NCBI GenBank assembly: GCA_009914755.4
Contig: CP068257.2
Span: 21,952,001 to 22,016,000 of the forward strand
Reading direction: 5' to 3'
Origin: the human T2T-CHM13v2.0 reference genome, Homo sapiens
DNA length: 64,000 nucleotides
The position numbers and the translations under genes are program-made. Under the pieces are notes generated by a model that saw only the letters and a list, made by a program, of their open reading frames with translations, ran no database searches and had not been told where the DNA came from. This document shows positions 12,726 through 26,425 of this stretch, one piece after another; within the stretch, counting starts at the first letter, position 1; every line of letters starts with the position of its first letter.

Positions 12726-15700
12726 AGTCTACTAAAAAAGAGCTGTCTCTTCTCTTTCTTAAGGCCAGTAATTTTACTTATGCCATGTTCTCAATCACTA
12801 ATCTTTTCAGCTATAAATCATCACATTTATCTTTTAATATTCATCCTTTCTGCAAGTGAAGAACTTTCACTAATAGAAAATAAAATCCCTACTTCTAGAC
12901 TGCAGGGTTTTGAAAGAAATATAGTCTTCCCTAGAGTCTTTGGTTTTGGTTTGCATCTGAGTATTAAATATTTCCAAAAAATATCCCAACCAGATTTATT
13001 TGATGAGCATAAGACAACATATCGAGTGGCTTATTGAAGTAATCTGCACTTGCATGACTCAGACACTTCCAAAACCAGACCAATAATTTTCATTCAAAGC
13101 CTTATCCTCTCTCAGAGAATGTTAACACTATTACAGCAGAAATCTAGAAGCCATCTGTGACTATCTTCTTGTCCTTTACCTCCCAAAGAATGTGGATGAT
13201 AAAATCTAGTCATTTTTTAACTTCTAAATACCATTTAAAGCTGTCTGCTTCACTTCTATCTCCATCCTGCTTCCACTCATTTCTCCATAAATTCTAATCA
13301 GGTTTTTGCTTGCCACATTCAAAAAAACCTCTCATCAATTACTGTCATGTTTCTTAGTGGATGAAAATGACCTTCTTTCTCTTATTTGACCTTCCAGCAG
13401 ATTCAGTAATTCCTTCTTTAATAATCCTCTTCTTTAGAAATACTCTCCCTTATTGGATTACACGGCATAACTACCTTCCATTCATTATTTTTCTATCCCA
13501 TTTTCTGGCTCATCAATCTTAATTGAACTATTAAATATTTGAGTTTCATGAGGCTCTGTCATAGACATCCTTGTCTTCTTTTTCTCAGCGTGTGGCCGTA
13601 TTAATGCTTGAAGCTTCCATCTCTGCATTCATGTCTTCTCTGCCATCCTAGCTTAATTTTACCAACCTTCCTGTTTAAGTCCCATATTTAATGTTCTCAT
13701 ACTCTATGTAGCTTTCCTTCATTGCTCTTATCCCTGGCTTAATTCACACATAATTATGTTACTCTTTTTTCAATTTCTTTCTCTATAATTGCCCCCTTAG
13801 ACATAAGATCAAAAATAACATTTTTAATTTTAATTTACTTCTATTGTCTTACTTGTCATATGGAGGTGATTAATAGATATTTGGTCAATGAACAAATTAT
13901 GATTAGAATGACTCCATTATTACAATTTTGTGGCACCATTTTGAGAATAAATGATGACTCAAATATGTCTGAAACTATTTTCACAATTTCACCCCAATCC
14001 TGGTCTTCTCCCAGTGTTCCCTCACTCAGTGAACGTTATCAGCAACAAGGTAGAAAGGAAGTCTTTTCTTACTTTCGTTATGTCTAGAGAATGATTCAGT
14101 AGTTATTCAGCAGTATATTTTATTCCTTTTTAGACATGCCAATTTTGCGTTTCTGTTTATGAACCAAGCTTTACTATAACTGGTCTATTTTTTTCAGATT
14201 TAATAACCAATGAAAATCGTCACAACAGACTCATTTGAGATGTTTTCTGATCTTAAAAATTAAAGACATAAACTGAATAATTATAATACTACTGTATGGT
14301 TTGCTCAATAAGAATCTGTCTGCTTTAAAGCAAACAAGCAAACAAAAACCTATACTTTCCTCTTTTTCTCCATAGGGAAGCATACTGATTGCAATCTTTG
14401 AGTCTTATTTGAAAACTAAATTCAGTGAGCTTTTTCCTCCAAGGCTGAGAGAAAAGGATCATTTTCTTGTGACACTAAGAGAATTTAACTGGCACATTAA
14501 GCCTTCCACTCAATTCAGTGATTCTCCTCTTATATTTAGATTCTGTATGAGAATATGCCCTATATGCATTTATGATAGAATATCATATGATATTTTCATT
14601 TTAAAGCACCTTCCATCTGTTAAATCATTCAGCCTCTGGAAGTTTTAATGAATCAAATATCACATTAGCATCCTGAATGTGTATATTTTATACAGAAGTA
14701 AATTCATTTCTATTTGATGCTGAGAGAGATATTCTGTCAGAACATTTCTTTCCAAAGACAGTTTCTTTCTTTTTTATTCTTAAAACTTCACTATATGAAA
14801 TATAAAATTATTTAATAAGTCTTGTCATGTCATAGCGTAGTAACACAATACAGGACTGATGGCAAACAACGGATATTCTGTAGCCATTCAGAAAAAAAAA
14901 ACAACAAAAGATACAATTTAACTCCTTTTAAAATGCAGTCACTTAAGATAATGGCATTAATCAATATATTACCCCCTGACAAAATAAAATTTACTCAAAG
15001 AAAAATTATGTGACAATTTTTTAAATCAAGTTCTGACTTGATAATTTATTGTGTTATACACCATTGAAAACTTCTATAATAAAGCACACAGATTTTAATT
15101 TAAGATGTAGCACATTATTAAATACTATTTTAAGTATAATACTCGGTTTATTATTCTATGACTACATATGATTTCCTGAAATCAAATTGGTTAGATTATC
15201 ACTAATATAGTTTGAAATATAAATGACAGCTAAGCATACTAAGAACTACGTGGCCAATAAGAGTTTAAAAGCACATAGACAATAAGCCTGCCCATCTTGA
15301 ATTATTTTGATAATTTATTTTCAATAATACCATACTGACTTATATAAGTTGAATTGTGTACTCCTCAAAAGATATATTGATGTCCCTACTCCCAGTACCT
15401 CAGAATGTGACCTTATTTGAAAATAGAGTCCTTACAGAGGTGATCAGTTGAAGTGAATTTGTACTAAAAAGAATGGGGTGAGCACCTAATCTTATACGAC
15501 TGGTGTCCTTATAAAGATATGAATATGTGAAGACACAGAGACACTGGAAGAATGACATGCAAGAACGGAGGCAGAGATTGGAGTAAGGCATCTACAAGCC
15601 AAGGAATGCCAAGGAATGCTGGCTGTCACCAGAAGCTAAGAGAGAGGCATGCAACAGATTCTCTTTCCAAATTCTCAGAAGGAACCAACTCGCTGATACC

Positions 15701-15773
15701 TTGATATTGAACTTCTAGCCTCCGGAACTGTGAGACAATAAATTTATGTTGCTTTAAGCCATCCATCATGTAG

Positions 15774-16104
<331 letters not shown>

Positions 16105-16457
16105 CGACCATGAAGCAGTTTTTGTTTGCTGAATATATCACTTCTGTTACTTTTAGAGCCTATTTCTATACCTTGAAATAAATGTTCACTCAAGAAAATA
16201 AGACATATTATAAGGTAAGACTCTTTATCATTATAAATAAATCATAGGCAACCAGAATTATCCAAATCAGTAGCTGTACATAGGACTCTACAATAATCAA
16301 GTGTCATAAATCATTCTGAAGAGTGAAGAATAAATTTCTTGCTAGATGGTTTACATGCTGTTTTGCTGTTTATGTATTGTGTGGTGTGTCTTTATAATAT
16401 CATAGGCAATACACATATAGAATAAACACTTTCATAATTAAAAATAATAGAAATTCT

Positions 16458-16772
16458 GGCCGAGCCCGGTGGCTCACGCCTGTAATCCCAGCACTTTGGG
16501 AGGCCGAGGCCAGTGGATCACGAGGTCAAGAGATCGAGACCATCCTGGCCAACATGGTGAAATTCCGTCTCTACTAAAAAAAATACAAAAATTAGCTGGG
16601 TGTGGTGGCGCATCCCTGTAGTCCCAGCTACTTGGGAGGCTGAGGCAGGGGAATCCCTTGAACAGGGAGGCGGAGGTTGCAGTGAGCCAAGATCACGCCA
16701 CTACACTCCAGCCTGGCTACAGAGTGAGACTGTCTCAAATAATAATAATAATAATAACAACAACAACAACAG
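16458..16772 (+). mobile_element. Alu SINE with (AAT)n(AAC)n tail
   Basis: 'ggccgagcccggtggctcacgcctgtaatcccagcactttgggaggccgagg...' ends '...gagactgtctcaaataataataataataataacaacaacaacaac'. Confidence 0.95.
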
Positions 16773-16893
16773 AAATTCTAATGTTCATCTAATTAATAAG
16801 TGACCAATTTAAAAATATACATTAATGCAAAACGCATTTATGTGAAGCAAGACAAAGCCTGTAAACACATTTTTTATTAGTTAGAAGTGTGGC

Positions 16894-17248
<355 letters not shown>

Positions 17249-19132
17249 TTATTAATTAGTCTAATCTAGTAAAGCCTTCAAATACTCCTTGACATACTTC
17301 TATTATTTAAAAACACAGTTTATATATTTACTTCTTTATTAAAAATATATTAATGCCTGTGGTGACATGTATTGGGCAAATTAACTCAAAATTTAGAGAC
17401 TAATTCCTCTAACTCAATAATTTTCCCAGTAGCACAGATAATACATGATTTACCATTGTGTAATGAAAGTTCATCTCAAAACACCAACATTATCACTCTA
17501 ACGCCACTGCTGTCTAATTAGAGCACAACCTGCATTGTTATTGCTTTAACTGAAAATCAATTTCTCAATCATTGAATTACATAAAGCCCTGAGAGGGATC
17601 ATACTTATTATCTCTGTCTTCAATTTGCTAGACTTTCCTGGGCTGTCAGTACATCTAGATTTAGAGTAAATGTTAAATGCAGTAGTTAATCTTTAAACTG
17701 TAAGGAGATCTGGCTGCTGAGATACCATCAGACATAATTCCTTTTTCCTATCACCATTGTTTTAAAGTGGGGAAGGGGAGTAATTATTGGTTGGTGTAGA
17801 GCCAATTTGTCTTTATTTTGACAAAAGAAATGAAAGCAGAGTTTCTATATCACTGTCGTAATGTAAATATATGAACAAAATAGTAAAAGGTCTAATGAAT
17901 TTTCAAAATACTATGTGTAAACCTCCTTCCTTATGATGGACAGCACACCAAGGCAGATACGGAATTTCCAGTTGATTTACTGTGGGCCACCTTTTGGTCC
18001 ATGTTTCACCCAACCAATGAAACTATTAGAGCATTTTCTAACTCCCTGAGATACAATGTTCAATCTAGAATCTGCTTATGGTCCCACGTCAGTTTCATCC
18101 TGATCCAAATTTATGCCCCTTCCATCATTGCCTCAAACCCTTCATATCCATTCCCATACATATTCTCCAGATATGTGTCTTCATTAATTAAAATTATCAA
18201 ATATTTCTTTTGGAGTGCAGCACTCTTCCTTCATAACTCACACTTCGTAACTTACCTTTAGGGGTCTGCTGAGATTTGAGTATACCTAAGGATCTATAGG
18301 TCATCTTTAGGAGCCTTAACTCGAGACTCAAGTTAAGTTACAGGTCTAAAAGTGGTAGGAGTGGGGCACGAAGAAAATCAGCACCATCTTGCTAGGTAAT
18401 TGCCTCAGAAGAGACCATTACAAGGCTACTTCTCCTGGCAAAGCTGACTCATCAGAATTTAGGGGCTCGATGCCCACAATTTTATCAAAATATACCCATG
18501 CGCCTCCATTGCAATTTGAATTATCCCATTCCTTCCCAATCAGAGCCTTCACTTTAGTAGTAGACATCCTTTGTGGTTGGGAATTTGTGTTGTAATTAAG
18601 CCACTTGCAGACTGAGATTCTAGGTTTGTTTTTCAGCAACTTCAGCTGCGGCTACAGGAGATAAGAAAAATTTTCACGGCAGACAGAGACATTTTCAAGT
18701 CATATATGCTGTGCTTGAACTGAAAATTTGAATTCCTGAACTCATCTTTTTCTTTTGCCACTTTATTGAGTGACATTAAGACCAGCTATCCAACCTCATT
18801 ATACTTATTAATTTGGCAAACGTATCGTATACAAACATAGAATCTGACCTCTTTTTTATATTTGATTTTGGGTATCCAATGGTTAAATTTTTTGCATTTC
18901 TAATGGCTGTTGCTACATCACACTACGGGCCATTGGTACTCTCTTTACTACTGGAAATACAGTCATTGGTGCCATTCAATCTAATCAGGTAGAGAAGCAA
19001 TTTGGAAACCCCAGAAGTAATCTAGAAAACTCATCCTTCAGATTCTGTTTCTCTAGAACCACTCTCAGTACTGAAATTTACATATCTATATTAGTCAGTA
19101 AGGATTCTCCAGAAAAATAAAACCAAAAGCTG

Positions 19133-19200
19133 GGTGTGTGTGCGTGTGTGTGTGCGTGTGCATGTGCACATGTGTGTGCAGAGAGAGAGAGACAGACAGA
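19133..19200. repeat. (GT/GC)n then (GA)n compound microsatellite
   Basis: 'gggtgtgtgtgcgtgtgtgtgtgcgtgtgcatgtgcacatgtgtgtgcagagagagagagacagacaga'. Confidence 0.9.
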
Positions 19201-22103
19201 TGTTAAAGTATTGGCTTTCATATGTGTGCAGGCTTGACAAGTGTAAAATTTGCAGGGTAGACTGTCAGACTGGAGACTCAGAAAAGAGTTATGTTTTGAG
19301 TCCCAAAGAAGTTGCTTGGCAGAATTTCTCCTTGCTTAAAAAGGTCAGATTTTTCTATTAAGACCTTCAACTGATTGGATGAGGCCCACTCACATTGTGG
19401 AGGATAATCTGTACTCAAAATCTAATGATTTAAACATTGATCACATTTTAAAATATCTGCGTGAAAACATCTAGAATAATGTTTGACAAAACACCTGTGT
19501 ATACCATGACCTAGGCATGTTGATGCATAAAATTAAGCATAACATCAGCTTGTAGTGCTTTGTTGATCCTTTCTCATATCATCATGATCGTCTTATCCAT
19601 GAACTTATTTCTTTCTGTCAAAAAATTAATTCAGCTTTCTCAATCTCTTGGGAATTTTCTTTCTTTGCTTCAAGAACATCTCATTTGGGTTAATGTTCCT
19701 AAATAAATTAATTTCCAAACTTATAAAATATATAATCTACTTTCACAGCGTCTAATTTCTCATGACATGGTCATTTCTCTTTCAGTTGCAGTTTAGCTTT
19801 TATCCCAAATCAGTGCCGACATTGTTTTCCCAGGTATAGAATGTGATCTATGCGACAAAAGAAAGACCATTTTTGGTATTTATTTGCATTTATTCTCTCT
19901 ACAGAACTGCCATTGTTAGTGTTTTCCTGTTTTTCACATTTCATTTTATTTTTAACTTTTATAGCCACCTAGTAGGCTTATATGTTTATGGGGTTCATGA
20001 GATATTTTGACACAAACATAAAATTTTGTTTGTTTTTAAATCTGTTCTCTTCCTTGGCACCGTATTATTTTCCTCTCCTTTCCCTGTGTTATTCAGGATA
20101 AGCTAGCTATTATATAGTAATAAGCAAACCTAGAAATATACACAATGACTTTTCTTTCAGAAACATGTTAATGCTAGTTGGGCAGCTCTCTATAGCAGTT
20201 CTCCATTGTGGAAAAACTCAGAGATCCATGTTACTTTCATGTTAGGCTCTGTCATTTTAACAAATGACCTCAATAGTCATCACCAAAGAGAAAGTAAAAA
20301 ATGGAGGAGGTGCACTGATCTGTATTGGAGAGTCATGTGACACTTCTGCTTGTAATCTGTTGGTTAGAAATGGTCACTTCAAGGGTTTTGCAAGGGAGTT
20401 TGAGAAGGATAAGCCACGGTATAAGAATATTCTGGTAACTAAATAGTCCCTTTGCTTCATCCTTCAAAATAAAACCTGCTCAGTTATGCCCCAAAATATA
20501 TATAAATAGGAGTTCCATTTAGTCATTAGCATCACTTGCAAATTCAGAATTTTTGAGAATTCAGTTGCTTCAGCTCCTTCGTCAAGTCTAACTATAGCTC
20601 CTCTTTTTCTGGAAAGCTATGCCCTAAACAACTCTCTCATACCCAATTTTTAATGATGAAAGAGGGATCAGGTTATCATAATAAGCACCACTAATTAAAG
20701 AAAATAAAGTGAAGAATGAGAAATACAATCTTCTCTTGTCTGTAGTATTTCAAAAATCCTATTGAATAAACATTGTGAAGCCTTTTATCATAGAGGTGAG
20801 GAAATTTCCTTGAGCATCAGAGTCTCCTCCAATGGGACAACTCTCTTACCTGAATCTCTGGGGCCATTAGTTTGTTCTCCAGGAAGCTTTCCTCATTTCA
20901 TTATTTTTGGCTACTTCTGAAGTGATCATTGGGAAATAAGCCCCTCTTTACCTTTAAGTATTGCAGTATAATAAAATATTATAAGAATTAGTGTATCCAA
21001 AAAACTCCACAATTTATCATTACTATTTAAAAGAAATAAAAATTTACATTCCAATCTTAACGTTTTGGCCAAGTCATTTTGATTAGCTGACTATTATAGT
21101 GCATGTGTTTCTCAAAGACTTTTGAAACTCCAAATATTAATGCTTGGAGAATAGAATCAATTGGTTTTTCCAACATACAAAAGATTCTAATTCCTGAGCT
21201 GTGTCAATTTCCTTTCACTGCTCTTTGCAAATAAGCACCGTGATGCATAAATACATGTCTTTCTGATAACATTTTGCCAAACAAAGTTAAAATTATACAG
21301 AAATATACACCAATATCTTATTTTACATCCTCCTCCCCCAGAGCTGCAACTCATTAGATCACCTTTTTAATTGTCTTAGGTGATAGATTATAAATAATTA
21401 TCTACTGCATAAAGTGGTTGTTCACCTGTACAGCTTTTGGTATCAGTTTTCTCCCCATCCTCTGTCTGTCTACATAGCCAACACCAGATATTTTAGGTTC
21501 TGTTATACTCGCATAACATTTCCCCTACTGATATTCAGAGAAGATAATTTGGAGAATGCTCAACAATTATTTGCTTCAAGCTGTAAGTGAGTTACACATT
21601 CCCATTTTTGAGAACTACTACCTAACTGAGGAAACTTGAGAGTTTATTCATTCTACATGAGAAGAAAGAAAATCCAGTGCAGAAAACAACATTATCTTTA
21701 CTGACTCTACAATTTTATTTTTTATCTAATTTCCCTTAGATAATCTCTATGCTGAATATTTTTCAAAAATATTATATTGACAATTTTGTACTATATCTTG
21801 TCTCTTCATATACTTTCCTTTCAAGTGAAGGTAACATTTACTATACACATAGTATAGACATATGTCATTTACTTTACATCCATTGTAAATGATCATAATC
21901 ATGGATATTATAACTCTCCTACCACAGATCTTTACCTAATTATATAAAATAGAAACTCTATTATATTAATAAAGAAGGGAGACAATTTGTTCAAACTCAC
22001 AAAAACTGTGTATGCTAAGGGCAGAATTAAAAGCCAGCTTTGTCTGATTCATACATAAATGCTCTGTGCATTACATGATGCTGCTTTAAATATGCCCATT
22101 TCA

Positions 22104-22448
<345 letters not shown>

Positions 22449-24956
22449 TCAATCTACACAATGAGCTCATATTTTTCTCCAAACTTTATAACCACAATCC
22501 TAAACTGGCTCATCAGCCTGCCATAATTCTAAGTCACTTGATGATCTCAACCTCAGCATGTTTCCAACCCAAGTATACTGCTTTCACTTTTTTTCAAAGA
22601 ACGTCTCCTTTACTCTGCCTTTAATCACACAAGCCCAGAGCCCTAGACATTTTGGTGGCCCCTGGAAAAAGGAAGGTGGATTATTACAATCAGAATTACA
22701 ACAAAACTCATCCAGGATGAAATGTGAAAATAAATTCTGACATGCAATTGCATCAAGGGTCAAGCATATGTGCTGGAGATACCAGCCACAGCAAGCAGGT
22801 TATACAGTAAGTGATAGAAAGCAGAGCCTTGAAAGTCTGTGTTCTGCCCTGGAGTTTAGCAGCTGCAGAAGCTACAGAAGGATATTTGGCCTGAGTTTTA
22901 AGAGAAGAAGAGTCTACTGAGCTGGCCCAGGTGCTGATTCCTTTATTTCAGTTAAAGGCACTAACAAATTCTTTTTGTTACTCAGGATTATATTCTTAGA
23001 ATTGATTCAGATCCTTAAATCTCTCTTGTTTTCCAGAACCAATCATGCAGTTCACATGCAATTCTACTTCTGTTAGGATTTTGTTATCTCTCTTATATTC
23101 GGCGTTACTTTTTCACCCTGGCTCAGATATGTCATTATGTTTACTTGACTTATTGCAATAACCTTTTCGTTGATCTTTAGTTTATTTGTTCAATAATTGT
23201 TAATTTTCTGTTTTACAGCCTTCCCTGCTCCCAATTTTTTTCCCTCGGTAGCAAACACATCTTATAAACTTTAAGCTGGAATCCAAGGAACTTTATGCTT
23301 ATGCTTATAAATAAAGCAGGTACTTGTACCCCAATCCTTTTTAATGAAAGATAAAGATGGGGCATCATGAGTTCCCAGGAAAATTACCCTTTAAATGTGT
23401 GCACACACAGATACAAACATACAAAACAAATCGTTATTTTCTTCTTCATTGGAAGTGGTTAATTGTGTTTGTATATAGCACTTGGGGGTAGTTTAAATAA
23501 GCTCTGTCTCTCAGAAGAATTTGCTGACAAAAAGAGGATGACAGAACAAAAATGGGAAAAACTCCTACATGTTTGATAATGATGAACGACTGAATCAACT
23601 CTGGAAACTTTTGCCTTCCTAATCTTCTAAAAGTATACATAATTAATTTTCTTATTTGTGAAGCCACCAGTGGCTAGGTGTTCTGTTTCTTGTATCAGAA
23701 AGTGCTATAATCAATGAATCCATGAGTCTTCTGAATTTATTTTACCTTTCACAGTCAGGCTGGTCAGTGGTGCTCAGACTTAACACACACATTTTCACTT
23801 TTCCTACTCCTGCGATGACAGGCCATTCCACATATGACTTAGCCAAAATCATTTCCATGCTCCAAGATTCACTTTAAACAAAGTACATTATTAGCAAGCT
23901 TCTCTTTATTGCCCTATCCTGATGTGTCTTTTTTTTCTATTTTACATATGCTATTTTCAAGGCACATTTGATTATATATTTCATAATACAGTAATTGCCA
24001 AAGTGTGTTTAACATATGATTTCCTCAGGATCCCTTCCCTTTCTGAATTCCAAATGGAAGAACAGAAAGTGCAATGCAAAGAATGATGATCCATATTTTA
24101 TTTTTGGCAAGCTTGTAGAAGCACTATTGTAAATGTAAAAGGAAAAAGAACTGTAACCTAGAAACTTCTTCAGTATATGAGACACCATTCAGGACTGCTG
24201 CTGTTTGAGTGTTTTCTTCTTTAAGGTACTAATTTTTTCTCCTCCTGGAGTACGTTGTAGCTTAGAAATTTCATCCCCAGAAGCACGAGTTTCACCATTC
24301 ATTGCTGTTCTGAAGGACCATGCCCTCCTTTGATTAAAATCCCACACATTCAGAATTTTGAATTCCTGAGACATCTGTCAGTGTGGGCAGAATGCAGTTT
24401 GAAGTTTTCACAGACATGAGTTTGCAATGTTACTATCCTTCTTAGGAGTGTATGATTTTAAGAGATTTATTTAGTCTTTCTACTCTCAGATTGCTGATTT
24501 TAAAAAATGGGCATAACATCAACTTTTCTGCTGGTTTCTTATAAGGATTAAATCCCAATTCTGCCTTTACAAGCTGTGCAATTTTAAGAAAATCCAACTA
24601 AAATTTCTACCTTATAAAATGTGGATAATAGTACTTACCCAATACCACTTGTCCCTGATTAAATGGTTTAACACAGGTAAAAGACTTAGAGTAATGTTTG
24701 ACACATAGGCAACACTGTCTATAATTTTGCTATTAACAATAGTATATTGCCTGACACTTAATATGTCCTTGATAAATTGTAACTATTATTATGAATTCAA
24801 TTATGTCTTTATTATTTATCTTTTTAACATGTTTATTTGTTTACTTACCTAGAAAACATTTCTTTTTTTCACCATAAATACCTTGAATTTAGAAGCTATC
24901 ATACAAACTGTTGTGTCATGTAGACCCCAGAACTATGCCCATAGAAAGATCTCAGT

Positions 24957-25270
<314 letters not shown>

Positions 25271-25600
25271 CAGTAGTTATTTTAAAATTAATTTTATTTC
25301 TCAAGCAGTATCTAAGACAAAGTGAAATATAATTCTAAGAATAAATCTTTAAGATTTATGGTTTCTCATATTAAGATAAATGAAAGCCATCATTGAAGTG
25401 TTTACAAACATAACAACAAAATTGACTCAATATAATTTTCCATTGATAAATGATTGGCCAAATAAATCATGGTACATTTACCAAAAAAACACAAAACAGT
25501 TATTAAGTGGAAAAGTGCTTTAAAATACAGGTTTTATCATAAGTTAAGTACAGCAAGGCCAACAGATCAGAAGATGATTGTTATTGAAAAGATAGCTTGT

Positions 25601-25933
25601 GGCCAGGCGCAGTGGCTCACATTTGTAACCCCAGCACTTTGGGAGGCCGGGGCGGGAAAATGACGAGGTCAGGAGTTCAAGACCAGCCTGGCCAATATGG
25701 TGAAACCCCATCTCTAATAAAAACACAAAAAATTAACTGGGCATAGTGGCAGGCGCCTGTAATCCCAGCTACTCGGGAGGCTGAGGCAGGAGAATCCCTT
25801 GAACCCAGGAGGCGGATGTTGTTGCAGTGAGCCAAGATCTTACCACTGCACTCCAGCCCTGGTGACAGAGCGAGACTCTGTCTCAAAACAAATAAATAAA
25901 TAAATAAATAAGAAAAAGAAAAGAAAAGAAAAG
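25601..25933 (+). mobile_element. Alu SINE with (AAATA)n / (GAAAA)n tail
   Basis: 'ggccaggcgcagtggctcacatttgtaaccccagcactttgggaggccggggcggg...' ends '...gagactctgtctcaaaacaaataaataaataaataaataagaaaaagaaaagaaaagaaaag'. Confidence 0.95.
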
Positions 25934-26264
25934 ATAGCATGCTATACTCACAGATTTTCAAGAGGAGGGGCATGTCGTGACACTGCGGATCACAGGGAAA
26001 AGCATCAGAGTCAGTCAGAGGCAGGGGAAGTGAGGGAAAAACATGGTTGAGAGTTTTCATTAACCAAAACATCAAAGCTGTTTTTGAATGGCTATCACAG
26101 TAGAGTGCAGTGGCCTTGGATGCCCACTGTCAGTTCCCTGCAGGCGAGCTTTGCCACTGACCAGCTCTGCCAGTGGTTTGAGAAAATTCACTTCTGTATT
26201 AGTTTATTTAGCTGTAAACAAAAAAAGTAACATATATCACAGAATTCTGATAGAGATTAAATGG

Positions 26265-26425
26265 TATGAATTACATAAGCTTCAAAGAATATTATATATA
26301 TGTGTGTCTATATATATATGCATATATATGTGCATATGACTGTGTGTTAAAAGTATACTACTTTAGTGTGTGAAAAAGTATAAACGTGTATATATATAAG
26401 AACATCTATACTTTTTTAACACTTA
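26265..26425. repeat. Low-complexity (TATATG)n tract with a short inverted repeat
   Basis: 'aatattatatatatgtgtgtctatatatatatgcatatatatgtgcatatg'. The inverted pair is 'gtgttaaaagtata' (about 26344) and 'tatacttttttaacac' (about 26407). Confidence 0.75.

Noticed and set aside
25677-26075. 132-aa ORF, the longest in the track, plus similar 90-126-aa ORFs at 56362-56742, 22101-22415, 6086-6373, 16954-17232, 58632-58853 and 60594-60872
   Set aside because: All lie inside Alu elements and are the well-known antisense-Alu read-through peptides ('...[40 protein letters not shown]...'). They are not genes.
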